Shown here one piece after another: positions 12,185-24,204 of a stretch of 64,000 nt of DNA. A program made the position numbers and the translations under genes. Within the stretch, counting starts at the first letter, position 1. Every line of letters begins with the position of its first letter. Under the pieces are notes generated by a model, which did no database searches, had not been told where the DNA came from, and saw nothing but the letters and a program-made list of their open reading frames with translations. Source of the stretch: Squalus acanthias. Lineage: Eukaryota. The stretch covers positions 158,536,001-158,600,000 of the forward strand of contig CM059431.1 of assembly GCA_030390025.1 (NCBI GenBank), written 5' to 3'.

Positions 12185-12515
12185 TATTCCGTGCTTTTTA
12201 AAAGAAAATTGGGAAGATGTACTCTTACACTAATTCAGTAATTCGTTCGAAAAAGGTGACACGCCAGAGGACTAGCAGATGGCTAACGTTATATTCATAT
12301 TTAAGAACGGAGATAAAACATATCTGGGAAGCTAGAAACCAGTCAGCTTAACATCGGTAGTAAGAAAAATATTGGAATCCGTTCTAAAAGAGAAAATAGA
12401 AATAAAAAAATCTAGAAACATAAAATTTCATCATGAATTGTCCAAATAAATTTCAAACGAGAAAGTCTTACTTGACCAGCTTCATTGAATTCAATGAAGA
12501 GGGAACAGAGAGAGT
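12185..12515 (+). mobile_element. Old CR1 ORF2 fragment
   Basis: Degenerate match to the DW+.ANV..IFK..D...GNY.PVSLTSVV region. Confidence 0.6.
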
Positions 12516-12617
12516 TTCAATTCATGGGGCTCTGGCACCAGTACTGCGGAAAGCGGCAGCTGTTCCGTCGGGACGGGCTCCACTTAATCCGGGCTGGGAC
12601 CATAATTCTGGAGAATC

Positions 12618-14125
12618 ATAAGAATATATGAACATAAGAAATAGGAGCAGGAGTTGGTGATTCGGCCCTTCGAGCATGCTCTGCCATTCAATGAGATCAT
12701 GGCTGATCTTCTGCCTCAACTCCATTCACCGGCACTATCGCCTTATCGCTTGATGCCCTTACAATCAGAAATCCAGCAAATTCTGTTTTGAATATACGCA
12801 AAAACTGAGCCTCCAAAGCCCTCTGGGTTACAGAATTCCAAATATTCACCATCCTCTGTGAGAAGAAATGTCTTCTCATCTCAGTCCTGAATGGCCTACA
12901 CTTTATCTTGAGGTTGTGGCACCTGGTTCCAGACTCGCCATCCAAGGGAAACATTATCCCAGCATCCATCCTATCAAGCACTGTAATAATTTTGTATGCT
13001 TCAATGAGATTCCCTCTCATTCTTCTGAATTCAAGAGAATACAGACCGAGTTTACTCAATCTCTTCTAAGACGACTGACCCGCCATCCGAGGAATCAATT
13101 TCTTGAACCTTCATTGCACTCCCTCTATGGCAAGCATATACTTCCTTAGGTAAGGAGACCAAAATGGTACACAGTACTCCAGCTTTGGTCTCACCAACGC
13201 CCTGTGTATTTGGAGTAAGACTTTTTTATTCCTGTTCTCAAATCCAGTTGTAATGAAGGCCAGCATACCATTTGCCTTCCGAATGGCTTGCTGCACCTGC
13301 ACATTCACTTTCAGTGACTCATGTATAAGGAGACCCAGGACCCTTTGAGCATCTGCATTCCCCAAACTTTCACCATTTAGGAAATACTATGCCTTTCTGT
13401 TTTTTTCTACCAAAGCGGATAAATTCACATTTATCCACAATATATTCCATCTGCCATGTTCCAGCCCACTCACTGAGCATGTCGATAATCCCCTTGAAGC
13501 CTCTTCACATTCTCTTCGCAACTGACACTGCCACCCAGCTTTGTATCATCAGCAAATTTGGAAATGTTACATTTAATCCCCTCATCCAAATCATTGATAT
13601 AGATTTTGAATAGCTGGGGCCCAAGCACCGATCCTGGCGATACCCCACTAGCCACAGCCTGCCATCCTGAAAAAGACCCGTTTATCCCTGATCTTTGTTT
13701 TCTGTCTGTTAACCGAATCTCAATTCATGCCAGTATATTACCACCAATTCCATGTGCCCTAATTTTGTTCACCATCCTTTTGTGTGGGACATTATCAAAT
13801 GCCTTCTGAAAATCTAGATATACCACATCTACCGATTCCCCTTTGTCTACTCCATTAACTACATCCTCAAAGAACTCCAATAGGTTTGTCAAACAGGTTT
13901 TCCCTCTCATAAATCCATGTGGACTTTGCCAAATCTTACCATTAGTTTCTAAGACACCATTTATTGCATCCTTTATAATAGATTCCAGGATTTTCCCAAC
14001 TACTGATGTGAGAAAAACAGGTGTGTAGTTCCCCGTTTTCTCTTTCCTTCCTTTCTTAAGTAGCGGGGTTATATTTGCTATTCACTAATCTGCAGGAACC
14101 GTTACAGAATCTATAGAATTTTGTA
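12618..14125 (-). mobile_element. 5'-truncated CR1 LINE inserted antisense into the host CR1
   Basis: TSD AGAATC at 12612-12617 and 14126-14131; RT motifs YLDFQKAFD and FADDTKLGG on the minus strand; tail at 12618. Confidence 0.92.
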
Positions 14126-16037
14126 AGAATCGAATAACTCGGGCTGTAAATAAGGCTTTAAACTAAAAAAAGTGTTGAGCGTTCAGGTGAGGGGAAATTT
14201 AAAATTCCAAGGAGAAAGGTCAAGGCTATTTTGGTAAAGATAAAGATATTGTGAAAGGAAGGGACAGAGAGTTTAATTGTAGCAGTGCAGCAGAGAATAT
14301 GGACAAAGCAGGGAATAATGTTAAAATAAATTAAATTAAAGGTTTTTTATCTGATTGCACGAAGATTTGTAACATGATAGACAAACTAGAGTCACAAATA
14401 GAGATAGATGGGTTTGATCTAATAGCCATTACAGAGACATGGATACAAGGTGGCCAAGGTTGGGAGCTAAATATTCCAGCGTATTTGACGTTTCGAAAAG
14501 ACGGCTAGAATAGAAAAGGAGGGGGAGTAACCCTGATAATGAAGGATGATATAAGCACAGGAGCTAGAAAGGATCTCGGTTCGGAAGATCAGGAAGCAGC
14601 ATCAGTGTGGATGTAGATTTGGAATAACATGGGATAGAAAACACTGTTAGGAGTAGTATACAGATCCCATACATTAGCTATACTGCTGAACAGAATATTA
14701 ATCAAAAAATAGGAGCTTGCAACAAAGGTAATGCAATAATATTGGGCTGACTTTAAACTTCATATAGACTGGACAAATCAAATTTGCAAAGGTCGTCTGG
14801 AAGACGAGTTCATGGAATGCATTTGGGACAGTTTCCGTGAACAAGATGTCATGGAACCAAACAGGGAACATGCTATTTTAGATTTTGTATTGTGTAATGA
14901 GGCAGGGTTAATTAGCAGTCTCATAGTAAAGGATCTTCTGTGCCAGAGTGATCATAATATGATAGAATTTCACGTTAATTTTGAGAGTGAATTGCCTAAG
15001 TCCGAAACGAGAATCTTAAACCTAACTAACGCCAATTACATAGGTATGAAGGGCGAGTTGGTTAAGGTAGATTAGCAAAATAGATTAAAAGGTATGGTGC
15101 TTTATAAGCAGTGGTTAGCATTTAAAGAGATATTTCATGATTCTCAATAAAAATACATTCCATTGATAAAGAAAATCTCCACGGGAAATGTAATCCAACC
15201 GTGGCTAACTAAAGAAGTTAAGGATATCATAAGATTAACAGAAGAAGCTAATAATGTTGCAAAGAATAATTGTAAGACTGAGGATTGGGAGAATTTCAGC
15301 AACCAGGAAAGGTTGATGAACAAATTGATAAAAAGGGAAAAAATAGAATATGATAGAAAACTAGCAAGAAATATCAAAGCAGATTCTAGGATTTTCTACA
15401 CGTATGTAAAATAGAAAAGAATGAAATGATTGTTACCTGTCCTAGCCCCTTTGGGACTATCCCGGAACAGGTGTACTTTCCAGATGTTCACTTTCAACTG
15501 AAGGTTGAGGTCGCCGAATCCTAAAGACACTTAACTGGGTCTAAATGTCCGGTCTATCTCTCCTGAAAGGAAAGGAGTAACCCGAGAATGTTACCGTGCT
15601 CCATGTAGCACTTTTATTAAATTTAGATTGACTGTACCGTCCCGGATATCATGGGAGACCGGAGATCACCCGTCAGAAATGTACCTGTTCACCACAGGGT
15701 TCGCGAAATATTGATAGTGATGACTTATGTCAGACAATTCTAAAAATATATAGAGACTTATTAAAATAACCAACACGCTGTTTACATTTGGTGAATCAAT
15801 CAGTCGCACCGTTAACAGATCTAAAAAGAGAAAAAATACAATTTTATTTTTAACACAGAATCTTATATTTAAATCTAAACTTCGCTACAGATTTGCAGTT
15901 CTTCAAACATTCTATAAGGATGTCCATGAAACTATCAAGGTAGCAATTACCTTCAATCCCCGAGGTACAAAAGAGTAAAGGACTACAGAGCCGCCCCTGT
16001 AGCCGAGAATCGTTTTGCCCCATTAAGGTGAGTCTAA

Positions 16038-18380
16038 CTGGGTACTGTTCAATGAGAAGGGACTAATTAGTAATCTTGTTGTACGGGGACCCTTGGGTCA
16101 GAGCGATCATAACATGATCGATTTCTCACTCGAAATGGAGAGCGAAGAAATTGACTCAGAGACTAAGGTCCTGAATTTAAACAAGGGGAATTATGTTGCC
16201 ATTAGACGGGAACTGAGTCGGTCTGATTGGACAACGTTCCTGGGAGGACTGGAGGTAGATAAACAATGGCAAGCATTTAAAGATAGAATGACAACATTGC
16301 AAAAATTGTTTATACCAATCTGGCATAAAAGGAAATCTAAAAAGGTGACTCAACCGTGGATAACAGGGGAAATTAGAGACAGCATAAAATCCAAAGATAG
16401 GTCGTATAAAATAGCCAAAAAAAGCGCCAGAGCGGAAGATTGGGAACAGTTTAAGATAGAGCAAAGGAGGACAAAGGGCTTAATCAAGAGGGGCAAAATA
16501 GCTTACGAAAGCAAGCTGGCGGAATATATAAAAACTAACTCCAAAAGCTTTTATAAGAATATCAAGAGGAAAAGACTGGTGAAAAAAAAAGTTGTTCCAT
16601 TGCAGTCAGATACGGGGGAATATATAACAGGAAATAAGGAAATGGCAGACCAACTAAATGCATACTTTGGGTCAGTCTTTACGAAGGAAGACACAAAAAA
16701 CCTCCCTGGGATATCGGGAAAAATAGGGACATTGGCAAAGGAGGAACTGACGCAAGTCAATATCTCTAAGGATTTGGTGTTAAGGAAGCTAAAGGGATTG
16801 AAGGCGGACAAATCCCCAGGGCCTGATAACATGCATCCTAGGGTACTGAAGGAGGTGGCCCTAGAGATAGCGGATGCACTAAGTATGATTTTTCAGAATT
16901 CATTAGACTCGGGAACAGTGCCCATGGATTGGAGGGTAGCTAACGTTACCCCACTATTCAAAAAGGGGGGTAGGGAAAAAGCAGGTAATTACAGACCTGT
17001 AAGCCTTACATCAGTTGTGGGCAAAATGCTGGAGTCCATCATTAAGGATGAAATAGCGGAGCACTTAGCAAATGGCGACAGGATAGGACAGAGTCAACAT
17101 GGATTTACAAAGGGTAAATCGTGCTTGACTAATCTATTGGAATTTTTTGAGGGAGTAACTGGTAAAATAGATTGGGGAGAGCCAGTAGATGTGGTGTACC
17201 TGGACTTCCAAAAGGCCTTCGATAAGGTCCCACATAAAAGATTAGCATGGAAAATTGAAGCTCATGGGATAAAGGGGAAAGTATTGACGTGGATAGAGAA
17301 CTGGCTGTCAGATAGAAAACAGAGAGTTGGAATAAACGGCTCATTTTCTGAATGGCAGGCAGTAACAAGTGGGGTACCACAGGGATCTGTCCTGGGTCCC
17401 CAGCTGTTCACAATTTACATTAATGACCTGGATCAGGGAGTCGGATGCAGCATTTCCAAATTTGCAGACGACACTAAACTAGGAGGGAGGGTGGGCTCAG
17501 AGGAGGAGACCAGGAAGCTCCAGAGCGATTTGGACAGACTGGGTGATTGGGCGGATAAATGGCAGATGCACTATAATGTGGACAAGTGCGAAGTTATCCA
17601 CCTTGGGTGCAGGAACGGGAGGGCAAATTATTATTTAAATGGCAATAAATTGGGAGAGGGGGAAGTACAGAGAGACCTGGGTGTTCTTGTACACCAGTCA
17701 CTGAAGGCGAGCATGCAGGTGCAACAGGCGGTCAAGAAGGCAAACGGTATGCTGGCCTTCATAGCAAAAGGGTTGTAATACAGGAACAGGGATACCTTGC
17801 TGCAGCTGTACAGGGCACTGGTGAGACCACACCTCGAGTACTGTGTACAGTTTTGGTCGCCTCATCTGAGGAAAGATGTTCTTTCCATGGAGGGGGTGCA
17901 GCGGCGATTCACCAGGCTGATACCAGGAATGGCGGGATTGACCTATGAGGAGAGACTATGTAGTTTAGGGATGTACACACTGGAGTTTAGAAGATTGAGA
18001 GGGGACCTCACAGAAGTGTATAAAATTCTGACAGGTCTAGACAGACTAGATGCAGAAGGAATGTTTCCCTTGGCGGGTGAGAACAGAACTAGAGGACATA
18101 ATTTAAGGATAAGGGCTAAACCATTTAGGACAGAAATGAGGGGGAATTTCTTCACTCAGAGGGTGGTGAACCTGTGGAACTCATTGCCACAGAGGGCAGT
18201 GTACGCCAGCTCATTAAATATATTTAAGAGAGAATTAGATATATTTCTACAGGCAAAAGGGGTTAAGGGACGGGATACTGAATTGGAGGATCAGCCATGA
18301 TCTCATTAAATGCCGGAGCAGGCTCGAAGGGCCGGTGGCCTACTCCTGCTCCTATCTTCTATGTAATCTATGTAATCTAA
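16038..18380 (+). mobile_element. Young 5'-truncated CR1 LINE
   Basis: ORF2 16093-17778 continues in frame to 18300 past one TAA; (TCTATGTAA)n tail; empty site visible at window position ~45. Confidence 0.96.
16093..18300 (+). pseudogene. CR1 ORF2 reverse transcriptase, N-terminally truncated, one premature stop (17776-17778)
   Basis: NYRPVSLTS, QHGF, YLDFQKAFDKV, GVPQGSVLGP, FADD, LVRPHLEYC. Confidence 0.93.
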
Positions 18381-19505
18381 TTATCTCATTCGAGACTTCA
18401 ATATTTATATACTTTTTTCAGTTTTATTTCATAAGGCTTCTGTTGATCCAAGTTATTTATCACTAATAATCTTTATGCTGACCACTGCACTTCTTACTAC
18501 CACGTCATCAATAGCTTTTGGGAGCTTACCATTTATGTTCATAGGGCAGATATCCTTTACCTCATGTGTCATCCTTAAGAGGATTAATCAAGATCATGTA
18601 TCCAGGGTTGACAATTGTTCTGTTTTAATAAGCTTACCCATGCGGGGCCAACAGTTCTCCTCTTTTAATAAGGTTACTTATTCTGGGCCAACAACTGTCC
18701 TGTTCCAACAGCCAGAATTCTTTCATAGCTTGTTTTCCCAAATTTCCAAATCCAGCTTTTTATGTTTGAAAGAAGTTAAAAGAAAATATTACTTATTAGG
18801 TAGTATTCAGGGGCAACAACTGTCCTATCTCAACAAGGCCATAACTCTTTCATAGCTAGAATTTCCAAATCCAACTTGTCATGTTTTTAAAGAAGCTATA
18901 AGGTAAAATTTCTTATAAGGTACTGGATTTTTCTGAAAATTTTATAACGTAGAATAACTTCACAAGAGTAGCAAAATAAAACGTTGGTCCATTAGAGGCT
19001 GAGACAGGAGAAATGATTATGGGCAATATGGAAATGACAGAAACGTTAAATAACTATTTTGTATATGTCTTCACATTAGAAGACACAAAAAGCATACCGA
19101 AAATGGTGGGGAACCAAGTGTCTAATGAGGGTGAGAAACTTAACGTAATTATTATAAGTAGAGAAAAAGAACTAGAGAAACTAATGGGACTAAAAGACCA
19201 CAAATCCCCTGGACCTGACGGCCTACATCCTTGGGTTCTAAAAGAGTTGGCTGGAGAGATAGTGGATGCATTGGTTTTGATCTGCCCAAATTCGCAAGAT
19301 TCTGGATTGATCCCATTGGATTGGAAGGTCGCAAATGTAACAACGCTATTCAAGGAAGGAGGAAGAGAGGAAAACAAGGAACTTCAGGGCAGTTAGTCTG
19401 ATATCAGTCGTCGGGAAAATGCTGTGATCCATTGTTAAGTCAGTGGTATCAAGTCACTTAGAAAATCATAACATGATCAGTCAGAGTCAACAGGGTTTTA
19501 TGAAA

Positions 19506-22119
19506 TACCAAGGGGCAGAAAACGTTAGTGTGAGTGGTATAGACACTCCAAACAGTAATGCGGAGGTTGGGGATGGCATTAAAAGAGAAATTAGAGAAGC
19601 GTACAATAAGGGCACAGCAGTCATCATGGGTAAATTAATTTACATATAGATTGGACTAACCAAATTAGTAACAATACTGTGGAGTAGGAATTCCTGGAGT
19701 GTTTACGGGATGGTTTCCTGGATCAATATGTCGAGGAACCAACCAGAGAGCAGGCCATCTTAGACTGGGTATTATGCAATAAGAAAGGATTAATTAGCAA
19801 TCTTGTTGTGCGAGGCCCCTAGGGTCGGAGCGATCATGATATGATAGAATTCTTCATTAAGATGGAGAGTGAAGTAGTTGACTCAGAGACTCGGGTCCTG
19901 AATTTAAATAAAGAATAGTACGATGGTATGAGGCGCGAGTTGGGTAGGATTGATTAGGGAATGTCAATGATAGGGTTGACGGTGGATAGGGAATGGCAAA
20001 CATTCAAAGACCACATGGATGAACTACAGAATTTGTTCATCCCAGTTTGGCATAAGAATTAAACAAAAAAGTTGACGCAATGGTGGCTAACAAACGAAAT
20101 TGGGGTTAGCTTAATATCCAAGGAGAGGACATATAAATTGGCCAGAAAAAGCAGTAAACCTGAGGATGGGAGCAGTTTAGGATACAACAAAGGAGGACAA
20201 AGGGATTAATTAAGAAGGGGAAAATAGAATATGGGAGGAAGCTTTCAGGGAACATAAAAACTGACTGTAAAAGCTTTTATAGATAGTGAAAAGAAAAAGA
20301 TTGGTGAAGTCAAGCGTAGGCCCCATGCAGTCAGAATCAGGGGAACTTATAATGGGGAACAAAGAAATGGCAGACCAATTAAATACATATTTTGGTTCTT
20401 TCTTCACAAAGGAGGACACAAATAAACTCCCAGAGATGTCGGGGAACATAGGGTCTGATGAAAGGGAGGAACTGAAATAAATCAGTATTTGTAGGGAAAT
20501 GGTGTTAGGGAAATTGGCGGGATTGAATGCCGATAAATCCCCAGGGCCTGATAATCTACATCCTAGGATACTTAAGGAAGTGGCCCTAGAAATAGCAGAT
20601 GCATTGCTGATCATCTTCCAACATTCGATGGAGGCTGGAACAATACCCATAGATTGGAGGGTAGATAACGACCCTACTATTCAAAAAAGTTGGCAGAGAG
20701 AAAACGGGGAACTACAGACGGGTAAGCCTGACATCGGTAGTGGGGAAAATGCTAGAGTCCATTGTAAAATATGTAATAGCTGCGCACTTGGAAAACAGTG
20801 GCAGGATCGGACAAAGTCAACATGGATTTACAAAAGGTAAATCGTGCTTGAGTAATCTACTTGAATTTTTAGAGGATGTAACTGGTAAAATAGATAAGGG
20901 AGAACCAGTGGATGTGGTGTATTTGGACTTTCAAAAGGCTTTCGATGAGGTCCCGCATAAGAGATTAGCATGTAATGTTAAGGCACATGGGATTGGGGGT
21001 AAGGTATTGACTTGGATAGAGAACTGGTTGGCAGACAGAAAGCAAAGATTTGAAATAAACGGGCCTTTTTACGAGTGGCAGGCAGTGACTAGTGGGGTAC
21101 CGCAGGGATCGGTCCTTGGACCCCAGCTATTCACAATATATATTAATGATCTAGAGAAGGGAACTAGATGTAATATCTCCAAGTTTGCAGACGACACAAA
21201 GCTGGGTGGGCGTGTGTGCTGTGAGGAGGATGCCGAGAAACTCCAGGATGATTTGGACAGGTTGGGTGACTGGGCAGAAGCATGGCAGATGCAATATAAC
21301 GTGGATAAATGCGAGGTTATCCACTTTGGTGTCAAAAACAGGAAGGCAGATTATTATCTGAATGGCAATATATTGGGAGAAGGGGAAGTGCAACGAGACC
21401 TGGGTGTCCTTGTGCACCAGTCGCTGAAGGAAAGCATGCAGGGGCAGCAGATGGTTAAGAAGGCAAATGGTATGTTGGCCTTCGTAGCGAGAGGGTTTGA
21501 GTACAGGAACAAGTGTGTCTTGCTGCAGTTATACAGGGCCTTGGTGAGACCACATCCTGAGTATTGTGTGCAGTTTTGGTCGCCTTATCTGAGGAAGGAG
21601 GTTCTTGCCATGGAAGGAGATGAGCGAAGATTCACCAGGCAGACACCTGGGATGGCAGGAATGACGTATGAGGAGAGATTAGGTCGATTGGGCTTATACT
21701 CGCTGGAGTTTAGAAGAATGAGAGGGGATCTCATTGAAATATATAAAATTCTGAAAGGACTGGGCAGACTAGATGCAGGAAGGATGTTCCGGATGTTCGG
21801 GGAGTCCAGAACCAGGGGTCACAGTCTGAGGATAAGGGGTAAGCCATTTAAGACAGAGATGAGGAGGAATTTATTCACCAAGAGACTGGTGAACCATTGG
21901 AATTCGCTACCACAGAAGGTAGTAGCGGCAAATTAATTAATATATTCAAGAAGGAGTTGGATATATTTCTTAAGGCTAAAGGGCTCAAGGGATATGGGAG
22001 AAAGCAGGGACACGGTTATGAATTTGGATGACCAGCTATGATCGCATTGAATGGCGGAGCAGGTTTGAGGTGCCGAATGGCCTACTCCTTCTCCTAGCTT
22101 CTATGTTTCTATGTTTCTA
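19506..22119 (+). mobile_element. 5'-truncated CR1 LINE inserted into the host CR1
   Basis: 398-aa RT ORF 20740-21936; (TTCTATGT)n tail; host resumes at aaagggaaatcg; empty site at ~5720-5735. Confidence 0.93.
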
Positions 22120-23388
22120 TTAAAGGGAAATCGTACTTGACAAAATTATGAGAGTTTTTTTGAGGATGTAACTAGCAGGATAGATAAAGGGGAACCAGTA
22201 GATGTGGTTTATTTTGTTTCAAAAAATATTCGAAAAGGTGCAACCTAAAAACTTTATTACATAAGATTAGGGCTCATGGGGTTGTGGGTGGTACAGTAGC
22301 ATGGATAGAGGATTGTATATCGGACAAAAAACTGAAAGTAGGGATAAATGGATCCTTTTCATGTTGGCAGGCTGTAACTAGTGGGGTGCCGCTAGGATCA
22401 ATGTTGGGGCGTCAGCTATTTACAAGCTATATTAATGACCTAGATGAAGGGGCCGAGTGTAATGTATCCACGTTTGCGGATGATACAAAACTAGGTTGGA
22501 CAGTAAGTTGTGAGGAGAACAAAAAGAGGCTGCAAAGTGATATAGATCGACTGATTGAGTGAGCAGTAGGGTGGCAATTGGAGTATAATGGAGGGAAATG
22601 TGAGGTTATTCACTTTGTTATGAAGAATAGAAACATAGATTTTTTTTTAATTTGAGGGAAACTTTCAAATGTTGGTGTTCAGAGAGATTTGGGGTTCCTC
22701 GTGCAAGAAACACAGAAAACTAGCATGCAGGTACACAAGCAGTAAGGAAGGTAAATGATTTGTTGGCCTTTATTGCAATGGGGGATGGAGTATAAGTGTA
22801 GGGAAGTCTTGCTACAATTGTACAGATCCTTGATTAGACCACACCTGGAGTACTGTGCACAGTTTTGATCTCCTTCTCTAAGAAAGGATATACTTGCCTT
22901 GGACGCTGTGCATTGAAGGTTCACCAGATTGATTCCTGGGATGGGAGGGCTGTCCAATGATGACAGATTGTGTCGAATGGTCCTGTAATGTCTGGAGTTC
23001 AGAAGAATGAGAGGTGATCTCATTCAAACATACAATATCTAAAGGGGATGGACAGAGTAGATGCTGACATTTTGTTTCCCCCGCTTGGAGTGGCTCGAAG
23101 TATGGGGCACAGTATAAGGATAAGTGGTAGGCCATTTAAGACTGACATGACGACAAACTTCTTCACTCAGAGGGTTGTGAATCTTTGGAACTTTCTGCCC
23201 CAGAGGGCTCTGAATGCTGAGTCTTTGAGTATATTCAAGGCTAAGATGCATAGATATTTGGATTCTTGGGGAATCAAGGGATAAGGAGATGGGGTGGGAA
23301 AGTGAAACAGCGGTCGATGATCAGGCATGACTTAATTGAATGTCTGAGCATGTCAATAGGGCCGTATGGCTTGTTTCTTGTGTACTTA

Positions 23389-24190
23389 GTAGACACGGGT
23401 AATGTAGTAGTAGTAATATATCTATATTTATAAAATACCTTTGATAAGGTACCACATAATAATTCAATGAATAAGGTGAGTGCATGCGGAGTCGGGGGAC
23501 ATGCAGCAGAATGGATAGCGAGGAGGCTGAAAGACAGAAATCAGAGAGTAAGGGTAAAGGGTAGCTCTTCAGAGTGGCATGAGATGGATAGTGGGGTTCC
23601 ACAAGGATCAATGCTGGGACCACTGTTGTTCACTATTTATTTCACGATTTAGACTTTGGAATCAAAAACACATTTTCTTAATTTGTCGACAACATCAAAT
23701 TGAGAGGGAAAGTCAATACTGAGGAGGACTTCTAGAAATTACAAGCAGACATCAATAAACTTGCAGAATGGGCATATATTTGGCAAATGAATTTCAACAT
23801 AGATGCGTGTGATGTATTATATTTAGGTAAGAAAAGTAAGAGGTCACATATTTTTTCAAAAATAAGAATCGATATGGATCAGAGGAGGAAAGGGATATCG
23901 GAGTACAAATACACAAATCATTAAAAGTTATGATGCAGGTCAATAAGGCCATAACAAAAGCAACCAATCACAAGGGTTTATTTGTAGAGGCATTGAATTG
24001 GAAAGTAGAGAAGTTAAGCTAAACTTTTATCGAACCTTGATAGATCACACTTGGAGTACTGTGTATAGTTCTGGCCATATCATTGAAAAAGCATATAGAG
24101 GCACTGGAGTAGGTGCAAGAAAGATTTACAAATATGCTACCAAAACTGCGAGGTTATACCAAACTGGAAAGGTAGAACAGGCAGGATCTC
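23389..24190 (+). mobile_element. CR1 fragment, duplicate of 7002-7810
   Basis: Collinear with copy A including the junction to the preceding LINE tail. Confidence 0.85.
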
Positions 24191-24204
24191 TTACCGTTAA
24201 CGTG

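Larger units (their letters stand above)
15422..18962 (-). mobile_element. Solo-LTR-like element, copy B (~1.2 kb: 15422-16037 + 18381-18962), interrupted by a CR1
   Basis: TGAA...TTCA termini; splits the host CR1 at aaaga|agagtagc; minus-strand TATAAATA at 18402-18409 and AATAAA at 15613-15618; U3-like tandem repeats; no convincing ORF. Confidence 0.6.
12520..23385 (+). mobile_element. Host CR1 LINE split into four pieces: 12520-12617, 14126-15421, 18963-19505, 22120-23385
   Basis: Pieces join collinearly: ORF1 esterase C-terminus (WHQY..LFRRDGLHL..NRITRAVNKALN*), endonuclease, RT, 3' tail. Confidence 0.85.

Noticed and set aside
9324..12241. Many Gly/Trp/Val- or Pro/Thr/His-rich ORFs
   Set aside because: Translation artefacts of the G-rich satellite, open in several frames on both strands
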